This document shows positions 28,114-41,569 of a DNA stretch of 64,000 nt, one piece after another (the first letter of the stretch is position 1; each line of letters starts with the position of its first letter). The position numbers and the translations under genes are program-made. Where the stretch lies: contig RDEW01000027.1 of NCBI GenBank assembly GCA_011109175.1, forward strand, positions 259,800 to 323,799, written 5' to 3'. The notes below the pieces were generated by a model. The model was given only the letters and a program-made list of their open reading frames with translations, had not been told where the DNA came from and made no database searches. The DNA is from Dicyema japonicum. Its lineage: Eukaryota; Animalia; Dicyemida.

Positions 28114-28666
28114 TTAGTTTCCCGATAACATAGCAACAAATTCTATATGTAATATGGGGTAATACCCTCAAAGTCGACAGTACCGTCCCCGTCAATATCT
28201 ACCTCCTTAATCATATCGTTGACTTCTTCTTCAGTCATTTTTTCTCCCAAATTAGTGAGGACATTTCTTAGTTCGTCTGCATTTATTTTACCGTCTCCGT
28301 CCTTGTCAAACACTTTAAAAGCTTCCCGGATATCTTCTTCATAGTCTACTGTCAAAATTTTCTTAGACATTAGTTCCAAAAATTCTGGAAAATCAATCAG
28401 TCCGTTTCCTATTTTCTCATACTTAGATTACACCATCCAAATCATAGTCGTTGATTGTAGCTTGAATTTCAGCTTCTGTTGGGTTTTGTCCTAAGGACCT
28501 CATTACCGTCCCCAATTCTTTAGTCGAGATAGTACCGTCTCCGTCTTTATCGAACAAGGAAAATGCTTCTTTAAATTCTAAATTTTATAAATTAATATCT
28601 CAACCTAATATTTGTTCCTCCGTTAACCTGTTTGTCTAAAATAGTTTTAATTTCCTAACATACCAT
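28114..28666 (-). CDS. CALM: Calmodulin or calmodulin-like protein, 149 aa, 4 introns (28, 27, 25, 23 nt)
   Basis: [48 protein letters not shown]...; four EF-hands; introns at positions typical of animal calmodulin. Confidence 0.93.
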
Positions 28667-29802
28667 TTCTGATTAAGAAACTTTTGATATTAATATTAGT
28701 TGGATAAGGTTTGCCAAATTAAATTTTATATAATAAAATTAATATTTAAAATATTAAATTTAATTTTTAATATAATTATTATTTAAAAAATATTTTTAAA
28801 ATGATTCTCGATATGCACGTTTTTTAACAAATAAAATAATAATTCATCGTATTTTTTTAAATTTTTGCAGGATAAAGTAACTTTTTTTTATTGAACTTTA
28901 GAATGTAATAAATATAATCAATTTATTATGAAAAGAATTATTGCCATCAATAAAAACATCAAAACAGTCACCATGGCAGGATTTTCACGCGTAAAGTATA
29001 ATGATGAAGCCAGATATTAATTATATAGACATTAACGATACTTATTTTTTATTTACACATCTGCTCAAACGACTACGAAAATTTCTAATGACTGCCAACC
29101 TTCAAACAACCTTCTATATAAAATCCTCAAGATACCATATAAACCCCCAAAATATAAGCTGACAATTTGCCAATAAGAAGAGTAGTACAGAATGACCAAT
29201 ATGTCAATGAGAAGAGTAGTACAGAATATCTGGTATCGACCTCTTCTTTTTCTGGGATCACTAAATGAGAACAAACTTTTTCTTTTAGTCCAGTGAACCT
29301 GGAAAATAAAACAAATATTTTTATACGTTGTTGAATTTAAAAGTATTGATTTTTCTTAAAACAATTTCCAATGTTTTATTGAACAAAGCAAGATTAGTGA
29401 TCACAAAGGATCAGTTCCTAAGTTAGATCGAAAATCATTATTTTAAAATCGATAAAACGATATTTTTGAGATAAAATCGAAGTAAGTATTGTTCCTCAAT
29501 TGAAAAAGAAGTCAAAAAGAAATAAAAATATTTGGATGAGCAGTCTTAAAAAACCGCAATAGTTTCATGCTGAGAGCAAAATAACTGCTACTATTATTTA
29601 TTCTTGAAATATAGCATTGACTTGTGCTTTGGTTAACGTTAGACGAGACATTCTAAGCAAAAGAAAGTCTTATTCGTTTTCCACTTGAAAAAGTGGAGTT
29701 AGTAAAGAGAAGTGGTTCAATAAAATCACTGATACTTCTAGAGGATTCTCCAAAACGGCTCAATTTGTAAATTTGAAAATAAATTTTATTATTTGTTAAA
29801 AT

Positions 29803-31418
29803 TCAAATTTCTGTAATTTTTTTCAATTGATTAACCGTCACTTTTTTGATGGTACAGTCTGATCCCGAACTTTTATTAGACGTTGAACTAATTCTTCTTT
29901 GTAATTGAAGAATATAATATTCACTCGACATTTTGTGGTTGTTCTTTGATAAGTAAGGATCGCTCCCGCCGCATTTTATTAACAAAAGAGATCCATCACG
30001 TTTCTTTAAGTGTCTTTTGAATACCATTCCGTCATTCGAATTTATTTTCTTGATAATTATCAAAGAACGACTTTGCTTGGTTTTATTTTGTTTTCCAGTT
30101 TTTAAAGATGTGCTTTCCACGTTGTATTTTTCAGTTTTGGCATCTGATTTGTCTAAATCTGGATTCTTAAACTGATTGCAGTTCAAAGAAGATAGTGAAC
30201 TATGTGGAGATCCTGAATATAATTGCGAGCTTGATGCTAAACTGAATTTGGCGGATTTTTTCTTATTAAATTTCGACGAATAAAAGGTTGAATCCTGAGA
30301 TAATAGGCTAGACCGGTCACTTGGGCTGTCATTAGATGACTAAAGCGTGAAATTTAAAATTACATAATTTGATTTTGCGTTCTTAATGTGCTCTTTGTAA
30401 AGCATCCAAGGAATGTCTTCTATTGGAAAGATCGAGTCGCAGTTCTCTATGAGATATTCTATGCAATCAATCATCTACCGGTAAAATTGTCATTTACGGT
30501 TTTTAATTTTAACGTGTTTTTTGATAAAAACAGTGAGGGGGTAATACAAACTGATAGAGATCCGGATGACATAAAGTTCTCATCCTCGTGTAACAAAATC
30601 TTCTGAAGGAGACACAAAATGTATCGAAGCATGTGATAGTTCTCCTCTGTGAGTTTTCCGATAGCTCTATAAGAAATATTTGCGGTATATTAAAATGTGC
30701 ATAAATTAATGAAAAGAAGCCGCAAATTATTCAAATAGACTGTTTTACTTTGTAAATAAACTGTTTTTTAATTTTATGTTTTCTCTGATTTTGTTGGCTT
30801 TATTCCAATATCTAAAATGTTTCTCATTTATGAAAGATTCGGGAAGAAGTCGAAAATATCTCTAAAATAAATATTGTGTTTAACTTTGAAAACTGTCGCG
30901 ACTGATAAAATGTCGAATTCAGAACAATTGATGCTTTTATTCCCGCAGTTATCCAAAATAGACTGTAATTTGTCAATCTCGGTATTAGGTCCGTGTGCAC
31001 GGAAAATGTAAACTCGGTGAAATCCTCTTTTGCACAATTCGAACCATAAGGACTAGGTTGCAAATAAAATTGTACAAATAAAGGCTTAGGGATCTCGATG
31101 GTCTTGCCATTCAGAGACAAGTAGGAAAGCGGCTTAAAATTATTCAAAATTCGAACATCACTACATTTGTATGAATTGTGGAATTCTGTCTGTGAAGATC
31201 CTCTCCAACGATATTGTGTCAAAACACTCGAAAAAGAAATTCTTTTACTTTTCATGTCGGACAAAATATTATCTACAAAATAAAATTTAAATACAACTGG
31301 ATTCAGCATGAGAAGAGTTTGACCTATCGGAAAAGTATTTACTCCGCCTTTCATCGTCCAAGTCTGCTTTATTTTTATTCAGAAATTCATTGAAATGTTT
31401 TTTAATTGTTTTCTTCAT
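29803..31418 (-). CDS. RhoGAP, ARHGAP20/TAGAP-like, with a Ser-rich tail
   Basis: IPKPL...KRGFHRVYIFR (arginine finger), VATVFKRYFRLLPES, ENYHMLRYILCLL, NFMSSGSLSVCITPSL, IEYLIENC. The 3' end is approximate. Confidence 0.85.
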
Positions 31419-32109
31419 CGTAAATAAGGAAGAATATATTAAATTAATTTAAATAGTGTGGTTTTTATATTTTTTTATTTATATTTTAATTTAAATAATA
31501 TTTAATAAATTATTTTTTTTAATAATAATGTTTATAATAAATTATCAGAATTGTCTCGCGTGGTATATTCGACGTTAATAGAAGGATGATCAGAAAATAA
31601 CTAGGAAATGAATTTTAGGAGTCTCTAAAAATATAAAAGTTGACTATAATTAGGATTATTGATTAACTGTATAATAAATTGATTTGTGCTTGTTTCTGCT
31701 CTCAAAATTGTGGCAGTAGTCATATTGCAGACTAAAATAGAATCATAGTACAGTAGATTCTCAAAGTAGGAAATGTCCATAGTCATCTATAATTACCAAC
31801 AAATAACTCATCGCAAATGCGGTTAAATTAAGGAAAATCAATTATATTCGATTATTTGCAATCATCGTTACCCAGAGATTCTGACTATCATGAGAACTAT
31901 AATTTAAAGTGCACCTTTAATAATAATCAAATCTAACGATTTTAGCAGAATAAAGGCAAATCTTTGGTGGTATTATTATTGAAAACAATGTGATGTTGAG
32001 AGATCAAAAAACTGTCGTTATGCACTCTTGTTCCCCATAAACCGACTTTTTCCATAGAGATGGCGGGTTCGGTGAATTTGCCGAATTTTTTTTAAGAGTG
32101 GATGCATAT

Positions 32110-33470
32110 AAACCAACACGGGTCGACAGGCTTTTTGGTTTCGCAGGCCAAAATTTTATTTTTTTATGAGACGCGGGCCAAACGAGAAAAATTATTAAAT
32201 TTTCAAAAAAGTGAATTTATTTTTTTGATAAAGGATTAATGTCTACATTATTCTCACTAGTTGCTAAAAGTAAAATATCGTTAATATGCGAATCAGTCAT
32301 CCTCGTTCTTAGACAATTTTTTTACATTATTTATTTTGGAGAATAAATGTTCACATAAAAATGTGATTCAAAATATAGAATTTCAAGTAATTCCATTTGA
32401 TAAGAACCTGGTACTGTCTCAATTTCAACATCAAAAAGGATTGAAAAAATGTTGAAAGATTTAAATAAACCTAAAAAATATATAAACATTCTTAAATCCA
32501 TAAAACGTGAAAATTTTAATCTCAATTTAAAATTATGTTTGTATATTCAAGAAAATCGGTAGGATTTGTAGAAAGAAAATAATCAAAATGCGTCATATTT
32601 CCTTTCTGTAACTGTAATTCACACAACTTCAATTTCTTTTCAAAAGCAGTGACTTGGGCATACATTTGGTGTATAAATTGACTACCTCCCTGAGTTTCAA
32701 ATTTTGGTCATTTAGAAGTTATATCCACGAAAAATGCCAATTTGGAAATGTTAACAGTATTTTGGAAATATGGAGCATCATAATTTTTTTCCTCAAAAAA
32801 AAGTATAACATCATCCAGTATATGAAATAGTCTCTTGAGCATTGACCCTCTGCTAAGCTATCTGACATTACAAAAATATAAGAGATCTGAACTTCCAATG
32901 ATTTAAGCCACGAGATAAAATAAAATTAAATGCATTAACAACAGCATCCATTCCCTCGCGTAATTTGACTGATTTGACAACTAACGTTTCTTGATGAATA
33001 ATACAGTATTCTTGGTCAAATTGTGCTGAATACAAAAATTTTCCATTTCTTTTTGAAGTAATGTAATAATTCCCTTTTTGTTCCCAACATAGAAGGACCC
33101 CATCTGTCGTAATTCCAACAAATTTTGAAACTGGGAGATTTGATTCTGTTAAAAATTGCATTAAATGCCCGAAACGTCGGTTCCTGTCACTGTACCATCA
33201 TTGGAATGACTCTGACAAATTCTTCAAAAATTTGGAATGTTTCAGTTATCCCTCTTAAAAATACGGCAAGCTGATAAGTATCTCTTCTGTCAGTAATAGT
33301 ATCCAATGCGATTGAAAAATATTCAAAATTCCCAAAAATGTTGCTTAAAGAGAAATTTAAATCTATGGACATTTCTTCTACTCTTATAGTGTCTTTCTTG
33401 GTAGATTCAAAAATATTTTTTGGTGGGAAATATATTTTTTGCTACTGCAATTAGGAATTTTTGATTAGTT
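32110..33470 (-). mobile_element. hAT transposase relic (Charlie/SPIN, GTF2IRD2-like)
   Basis: FSIALDTITD...QLAVFLRG, GITTDG, CIIHQE, RGLNH..F; gcgggcc-type subterminal motifs near 32170. Confidence 0.85.
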
Positions 33471-33478
33471 CGCTGGCC

Positions 33479-33942
33479 CTAGCTCATTCAGAGAACCTGT
33501 CGCGAGCTTCGCTCGGTCCGGTGAGTTTGATAATGTTTTGTGTGTTTGATAATGCTGGATGTGGTTTTGTGTGTTTGATAATGTTTTGTGTTTGATAATG
33601 TTCTTTTCTTTCTTTAATAAAAAAATCAAATTAAAAAAAATGTTTTGTGTTTGATAATGTTTGGTGACTTAATTATCTCCTAATAAAGAATTAATGTGCT
33701 TAATAGCCTAATATAGATTCTAACGTAATATACGTAATAAGTGCTTAAATGAGATATCAAATATTAACCATTTGTGTTTCATTTGTAACCAAGGAACCAA
33801 TTGACTCCCAACATTGTGAAGATTCACTCACATTTTCGGAAATGTTCTCATTTGTTCAAAACTTTTAATTTAAAATCCGCCCATTTTTCCGCGAGTTATC
33901 GTGTCACATATATACATGCAACATTGAGCTTTAATTAGTAGA
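33479..33942 (-). mobile_element. Non-autonomous Helitron-like element with an internal minisatellite
   Basis: The minus strand starts TCTACTAAT and ends with hairpin cgagc-gaa-gctcg followed by CTAG. Internal tttgataatgttttgtg repeats. Confidence 0.65.
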
Positions 33943-34137
33943 TTTTTATTTATTTATTTAGATAGATATAAATTAGCTAAGAGAATAATTAATTTTGCTG
34001 GTACTTTTAATTTTTTAATTTTTATTTATTTAAAACACAAACAGTTAACTGCTACTAGCTGGCCTTAGAGTTGAGAACGCATTTCTCTTGACGATCAGTA
34101 AAGAAATGCGCTCAATGAGTCAGCTATTTTTTAAAAG

Positions 34138-34338
34138 CTTTTTCACGAGAGCCATATTATTTACAGCTCCGCATAGGCAGGACACACACTTTATTTAAGT
34201 AAAAAACAGTTAATTTTAACTAATCGTAGAACCAAGGAATGAGCTTCACTTCTTTTTCTTTTTCTTGTGTGTGGGTCCTTTCTAGACAATCCAGTTCCGC
34301 AGTGAGTATCCACTGATGACGGCGTCACTCGTCAAGCC
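34138..34338 (-). mobile_element. SINE copy with RTE-like 3' end
   Basis: Family core plus tgcggagctgtaaataatatggctctcgtgaaa. Confidence 0.85.
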
Positions 34339-34913
34339 TCAGCTATTAAAAAGGCAATTGATTTAGACAATAGATTATGGTTTTCTAAGTTTCTCTATTT
34401 TTTGGAATATTTTTGAGGATATTAACGACGAAAAATAAAGTAACTTTAATGATCACTAAAATAAGTATCTGAGAAAGATTGACCAACTAAATAAGTGATT
34501 TTTGCTCAAACAAACGTCTGTACTTTTCTTACATGCTCTTAAAGATATCACAGAGTTCCTTGGAAATGTCAATAATAAAAAATGTCTTTGGAAATTCAAA
34601 ATTTCATATTTATTTAGGACCCCTGGGGCATCAAGAAAAAATACAAAATATAGTCAAACGCTTATATCATCTTTTCTCAATTTGGTCCATTTTAAATTCA
34701 AAAAATAAAATTATATTTCATGTTCAGCCCTTTGTTGTCGAGACGAGTTGAGTTCTCTGGTAGTTGTCAGGGGAAACAGACATTCCATCCTATCAGTTGG
34801 ATAATTTTGATTGTCTTGTTTCGTAATAAATTGTTTTTTTCTTTAAAAAAATATATTTATAAAAATTTGATTATTAATCTTTGCAAAAGATATTTTATTT
34901 TAGCGTGTTATCC

Positions 34914-35256
34914 GGTTCCCATTCAAAATGGCCTCTTTCAAAATGGCCTCCGAAAATTTTTTCAGGTTTTGGATAAGTTCATCAATAAACATCACGAGAT
35001 ATTTTACCAAGGTCCTCGACATCTTTAGGTAAAAAAGTCATCTATTTAAATCTTATAAAAATTGATTTTAAGGGGTCCTATGGGTAAGTGGAACATTTTA
35101 CCAAGGTCCTCGACATCTTTAGGTAAAAAAGTCATCTTTTTTAAATCTTTATAAAAATTGATTTTAAGGGGTCCTATGGGTAAGTGGAACATTTTACCAA
35201 GGTCCTCGACATCTTTAGGTAAAAAAGTCATCTTTTATAAATCTTATAAAAATTGA
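34914..35256 (+). mobile_element. Solo TIR of the MULE-like family, with about 94-bp tandem subrepeats
   Basis: Near-identical to 506-717, with about 2.7 subrepeat units. Confidence 0.85.
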
Positions 35257-35346
35257 ATATTACAAAAATCATTACTGGCCAAATCACACCACCACAGCCT
35301 TAGAAGTCAATTGTTACCCCAACTGCGTAGGGGATTGGTCAGGTAC

Positions 35347-38030
35347 ATTATTATTATTATTATCAGCACTGCCGAGAACACATAAAAAAACAAAAGTCAA
35401 TTAAGGTTCCCTTGTGCCGCGCCGGCCACCCTTTGCACCAATCGCATCCAAAGGCCTCTCCGTTTCGCAAGATCTCTTAGTTCATCGAGGTCATCCATTG
35501 TTTTCAACTCCCTGCCTATGGCTTTTAGGTCCTCATTTAGCGTGATAGGTAAGGTTGCTCTAGGCCTTTCTCAGAATGATTTTGTTTTTTCCATGAAATA
35601 TTCATCTATTACGTGATTTGCCGGGACATCCAGGTCCATCCTCAGAATGTGACCGAACAGTCTCCATCTCGATCTTCTGATTTCCATGGATAATGGTTCT
35701 GTTTTGCTCAACTTATATAATTGTTCGTTTTTGATCTTCATTTTGTAGTGAATATTAAGTGCCTTCCAAAGCATACTGCGGTCGAAACTGTCAATAGACT
35801 CCATTGCCTGTTTAGACAAACCCCATGTTCCACAGTTATATATTAGGATGGGCACAACAAAGTATTTGTATATCATAAGCTTTATTTTTCCACAAAGTCT
35901 TCTTTCCGAACTCCATATTTTAGGTAGGCTTCTGAAAGCACCAGATGCAAGGATTTTCCGTCGAGCTACATCTTCCCAAGAGCGATCCGACCTTCTTATG
36001 TCTTCTCCACGTCTCTTCGGATATCCTCTCTGCACGGCTGAATGATGTAAATTCCGTTTTGTCTGTGTTTATCTTCAAGAACCATTTTTGGAAAATGTTA
36101 GGAAGATGTTCGTTTATGTGCTTGAGAAATTCAGAATCATCCGATACAAAGTCCAGATCGTCTGCGTACATCAACTCATAATATTGTCCTTTAATGGATA
36201 ATCTGAAATCCCTCAGTGCAGCCTCAAGATAAATAATAAATAGAATAGGAGACAACGAATCCCCTTGTGGAACTCCCCGAGTGGTTTTAAAAAAATTGGA
36301 AGCGGTATTTCCGATTTTGACAGTTAGGTGAGTATCTTCTAGGAGCAAGGAAATAATTCTAACATCATCCGTGTCTAGAAATGTATTCAGAATGTTAATA
36401 AGTAGTCCCCTGTGTACAGAGTCGAATGCACGACTCATGTCGATCCCCAGAACTTCTATGCATTTTTTGTATTTCTGACATATAGCGCCAGACCATCTGT
36501 GCGTCCATACTATGTCGGCGGTTGATCTTTTTTCCCTGAAACCGCTTTGTCCAGGCGATAAGAATTTGTCGACTTTCCCTTTGATTCGATTTAATACAAT
36601 GATAGAGAGGGTTTTCCGTAAGACCGATAATAGAATTATTGGTCTTAGACTGTTTGCGGGACCTCTAGGTTTCCCAGGTTTTGGTATTGGAATTAGCCAT
36701 CCTCTCCCAATTCCAAGATCGTTTTTGTCTTCAAATGCTTTATTGAGTATGATGGTGATTATTTCACCCAATTCAGTGGGTCCACATTTTATTAACTCTG
36801 CAGGTATATTATCAGGACCAGCCGCTTTCCTGTAGTTTAGTTTTCCTATTGCCTTGATAGTTTCCGCGATAATAATGGGCAGTTAAGAGGAGCCGTTGAT
36901 GTTATTGGAGATTTGTTTTCAATTTCTTGATTGTTAAAGATGTCATAGTAGTGTGAAGAGACTATGTTCGCCTTTTCAATAACATTCAATACTGATCGTC
37001 CATGTTGGTCGTGAATAACAATATTCCCTGGTCGTTTCTTTTTGCTAATAATCCGAATGGCTTTGAACATTTTGGATCCGTTCTTATATTTCTTGATTTC
37101 ATCGACCTGTTCCTCCACTTCCTTTTTTACTTGATATTTTTGAAGTTTTTTGATTTTTGTTAAAATTGAGTTACGAACTATCCTTAGCTCTTTTTTTAGA
37201 CTCGGTATATTTGAATTATTAATTCTAATCCTCAAATTCTTTTGTTCTGAAGATAAGTATGATATTTCTTCGTTGTTATATTTGAATTTGTTTTTGTGAG
37301 TAGTCCCCAAAACCAACGACGCGGTATTCTTCATTGCAACTCCAACGTCATTCCACAAATCCTGTGCACTATTGTTTGTATTCATCTTGCTTAATTCCTT
37401 TCTGAGTTTTTCGCCATACTCTTTCATCTTTATTTCATTGCTTATTAGAGTTTCTGTATCCAATCTTTCGAATTCCGTTTTTCCATATCTTCTAGGTTTG
37501 TACAAACTTCCCAAAGAGAACCGAGTGATCACCAATTTGTGATCACTTGATGTTTCAAGCCCATCGTATGATCTCGAGTTTCGTATTAGGTTTTTGTTCC
37601 TTCTTCTGCACAAGATATAATCAATTTGATTATATATTTTAATCAAGTTGCCATTTTTGTCCTTTCGTGATCCAGTACAGGTAGTTTTATGTCTTGCTGG
37701 GTGTTCAAAAGCAGTGTTCGTAATAAATAAGTTGTAGGATTCGCAGAATTGCACCAATGAGACACCAGAGGAATTTCGACGATTCCGAGCATGTGATCCA
37801 ATACAAGTCTCCTCATTCCGTACTTTACCAACTCTGGCATTCCAGTCACGTCAGATATGACGACGAAAGTGAGTCATATGTCCCTGTCAAACATGAGTAA
37901 AACGCACCAAGTTCTTCAGGATTGGCATCAGCCCGGACAGCGGTCGAAGCATAAACATTGATGATAGAAATAACAGAGTTGGGCTTTGTTCCAAACTTCA
38001 GTTGCATGGATAGATAAATCACGTGCGAGT
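35347..38030 (-). mobile_element. Near-complete RTE-clade LINE (APE plus RT), few frameshifts, (TAA)n tail
   Basis: NQIDY, SDH, RPI.LLS, QSGFR, DMSRAFDSV, GVPQGDSLSP, YADD, WRLFGHILR. Confidence 0.92.
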
Positions 38031-38097
38031 TGATGTTTTTTGGTGATGAACTTTAAGCCTCGAGTGTTGAAAGTACCAAGAGAGAATGGCAACGGGT

Positions 38098-38207
38098 AAT
38101 TAAGCGCGAAGAAGACATATTTTCAAAGAGGGACGTCACCACCTCAACCAAAGAAATTAAGCGCGAAGAAGACATATTTTCAAAGAGGGACGTCACCACC
38201 TCAACCA
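38098..38207. repeat. 57-bp tandem duplication
   Basis: aattaagcgcgaagaagacatattttcaaagagggacgtcaccacctcaacca occurs twice. The cacctcaacca end is also at about 18140 and 48165. Confidence 0.9.
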
Positions 38208-38364
38208 GGTCAGGTATATATTGAATAAAAATATAATGAAAATCTTTGGGAACACCATTAGGAAGAAGCCCGGAAACAAACCTTGACTGGATGTTAGCCA
38301 TGCAGAGTTTGCACTTTGCAGGGATTCTTATTTTTTGGTAATTAATTATTTCATTAAAATTAAA

Positions 38365-38760
38365 CACTTAAAAGAACATCTAATTTAGGGAGCTTGAATG
38401 TCCATGCTGTTTCTTCTGACAATAGCTATCGAGATACGCTCTCGAAGCCATCCAGTCTCACGTGGATCCTTGGTGACCCTTTAGATAATTGAGCCGATCC
38501 GACGGATTGCATGGTCCACTTGAGGGGCATGGATTCCTGATATCTCAACAGCAAATGGGACAAACAAGTGATCCTCCGAAATGCTTCGGTACTTCTTCTC
38601 TTCTGATCCTCGGATTGTTTAGAAGCATGATCTGGGTCCGAGACTTAAGTGGCCAGATTTTTCTGAGAGTATGTATCAATACACGTAGCATCCAAAACCA
38701 GGTTCCGACTATTAGCAAAAGTACCAGTCTCTTTAAGATTTTGGACATCAAGCACATTCA
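38365..38760 (-). mobile_element. CRE-like fragments
   Basis: RE.GWLRERISIAIVRRN 3' end, and a TWF..LR motif. Confidence 0.6.
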
Positions 38761-38866
38761 TATTTAATGACCTCGAGCAAATAATATATTATTGATTAAA
38801 TAAATATTAAAGTTATAATTATTTAAATATTTATTTAAAAAATCACGTTGATTAGTTTTTGTGGTG

Positions 38867-39204
38867 ATGCCTGGACCTAATAGTCATGTCCTTTTTCCGA
38901 TCAAAAATTACAAAACATCAAAGTTAAAGAGAGAGCCTAGACCTTCCAGAAAGAAGGGGGTATTTTTGTATTTTTACCTGATTTAGAGAATCACCAAAAT
39001 ATCTGAGTTCAGGCGTAGTCTCGTTAGAGAAATGGTTGGCCTTGCTCCCTACGAGAAGCGAGTCTTTGAATTTATGAACCAGAATAGGACAAAAAAGGCT
39101 CAAAAATTTCTAAAGAAACGAGTAAAATCTTTATTTCATTAAAGCTTGGTGGATTGAAGAGATCCAGGATTAAAATGGACAAATTAAAGATTTTGATGAA
39201 TTAA
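38867..39204 (+). CDS. RPL36: 60S ribosomal protein L36 (eL36), 2 introns
   Basis: RPSRKKG|RITK...VREMVGLAPYEKR...KAQKFLKKR|LGG. Not in the ORF track. Confidence 0.92.
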
Positions 39205-39473
39205 GCAGTCTGACTGCTCTTACTTTTGTTATTTCTAATCAATTTTTGGTGTCTTTAAATGTTGCTATCAATATTAAATTTTGAACATCTCTGATAGTAA
39301 GTCTTGGATTTGTAAGAATGATAACTAGAGCGATTTTTGTCAATAAAGTCCAAAATTCACATGTTTTTTTAAATTTTTTAAAACTTATAAAAATGTTGTT
39401 TTCAATTTAAATAAACAAAGCAATGGCCTCTAAGATCTCTCTTAATGCGTAAATTATCTACGTAAATTCTAAT

Positions 39474-39660
39474 GACTCGACGAGTGACTCCGTCATCAGT
39501 GAACATCTCACTGCGTAACCGTATCGTCTACAAAAAAAAACTTACATCCAACAAAAAGAAAAAAGAAGTGAAGAGCATTCCTTGGTTCTCCCTCATCGAT
39601 TAGCTATGATTGCTACTCTCTACTTAAATAAAGTGTGTGTCCTGCCTTGGAGGAGCAATA
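39474..39660 (+). mobile_element. SINE copy
   Basis: gacgagtgactccgtcatcagtg...aataaagtgtgtgtcctgcc. Confidence 0.85.
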
Positions 39661-40349
39661 GTCCAGTATTATAAATTCTAATAGTTTTCAATCGATATAC
39701 CAGCAAAATACGAACCCATATGTTTGCTTTACAAGATAGTCCATTCTGATTCTAGTAAAAACATCCCCCAATCCACAATTGTGTTAGCACCTATCCACAT
39801 CATTTAAAGGGGTATTTAATAAAATCTACCTGTTTTAGCGAACATAGTGATTTACATCAAGTTTAAAGCATTTCCATAGCTCTTTAGAGATTATAAACAT
39901 TTCCATCTTAGTCCTTTCGGATAGATTCGAGATGATGAATTAATATTTACTTCCTTCAGTTAAGTGATTGCGACTTCTCCCAGATTTTATTTACACGGTC
40001 CACAGTGAAAGTATTAGCCATGTGTTGAACAAGTTGAATGCATTGATTTAATTTTATTAACCCCGGAATCACAAGAGGACGCACTTCCCAGTATCTTCCT
40101 CCTATCGTTACACGGGGAAATGCGAACAGATTAATAAATATCTTGACGTTGACTCCTTGAGACTTTAAAAAAATATCCAAAATATATAAACCAAAAAAGA
40201 TATGTAGAAACCGATTCCAAGAATACAAAAATTTTAAAGACTTTGTCTCTATTATGGATTGTTCTAGCATGACCGTAAGGCATACGTTGAAAACACTAAA
40301 GATTGCAAACCAAAAATGCATCAATGTTTTCGAAATTATGCTCGAATGG

Positions 40350-41130
40350 GAAATCTTACGTCACCCTACTGAACTTTCCTTGGAGACAGTATTTGACGAA
40401 GCTTGCAGTGGAGGGAAGCAGGATTTCCAATCCCAGATAATGTCTCGAATCAGAACAAATGGGACGCAATTGATAGCCTAAAGCAAGAGTCGAACCAACA
40501 CCGACTTGCCTGATTGCTATCTGCTGCACAACATGGGAGTGGTGCATTGCTCCACGTATTTCCATGCGCTTCTTTTGGAAATCTTATGGAGGACGACTGT
40601 GTGAGAATCAGAATAGCAAAACGATTCGGGCTTGACGTCTGCCAGAAACACAGATGCCGTTGTGGAGGAACAGTGGACACCAAAGGATCACATCCATTGT
40701 CTTACAAAAGGAGTGCAGGTCGCTCACCTCTCACACCGGATTGAATAATGTTATTCTGCAAATCCTCGAGGCAGCAGGCTTCCCAGGTCAGCTTGAGCCT
40801 GTCTGACTGGATCGTGGAGATGGCAAGAGGCCAGAAGGAATGACTCTTTTCCCATATTCACACGGAAAATCATTGTCTGGGATGTAACCTGTGTAGATAC
40901 CTTCTCCACTTCGCTCCTTCTGAGATCTGCTCAGAAACGCAGCAGAATTGGCCAAAATCCAGAAATGCTCGGCCATTGGAGACCGATTCCGATTCACGCC
41001 AGTGGCTATAGAAACGTCGAGAGCCGTAAAATCTCTCACTGCGGCCTTTCTGAAAAAAATAGGAGGGAAACTAGCGAGTCGAAATAAAGAACCCCTCGAA
41101 TCGTTCTGGCTAAGACAATGAATCAGAATT
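40350..41130 (+). mobile_element. CRE-like 3' half
   Basis: CRCGGTVDTKG.H.LS, EP..LDRGDGKRP, WDVTCVD. Confidence 0.85.
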
Positions 41131-41569
41131 AATAATAATAACACAAGAGACCACGGTTACACAAACTAACTAATCACGTGATCTCAGCACGCTCTAGCAG
41201 GAACCTCATCTTGGCCCGATGCTCTTTTCTCGACCCCACACAAGCACGTATCCGTCGAGTGACTGGATCTTCGCAGTCACGACGGCGCGTTCCATGGTTC
41301 ATTCGTATCAAGGCTTTAAGAGGCATTGGTGGCTGGAACTCTCCAGAAATCCAGCGTTCCGTGGTTTAGGAGGCTTTTTTCCGGCTAGCCTCGATCTTCA
41401 AGACATTTGTCCAAGAGATGAATGAGCCCCATATACCACTTGCGTAAGAGATGCATGGTTCAGTGAATTGTTTATAAACACATTGCTCAAAACATGATTT
41501 CCGTTCTTCCAGAAACCTGTGAGGCATTTTAAAAAATTAGTTTTCTTTGCGCATTTTTTTCAAAAAAAA

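Noticed and set aside
28800-29790. Gene between calmodulin and the RhoGAP (ORF 29065-29274)
   Set aside because: No consistent spliced frame on either strand.
34305-34338. CTGATGA plus hairpin in the SINE core as a hammerhead ribozyme
   Set aside because: There is no GAAA after stem II, and the motif is antisense to the SINE transcript.
34914-35256. Regular repeats resembling a CRISPR array or a repeat-protein ORF (35046-35231)
   Set aside because: The units are tandem with no unique spacers, form the TIR of the element at 506-1494, and the context is eukaryotic.
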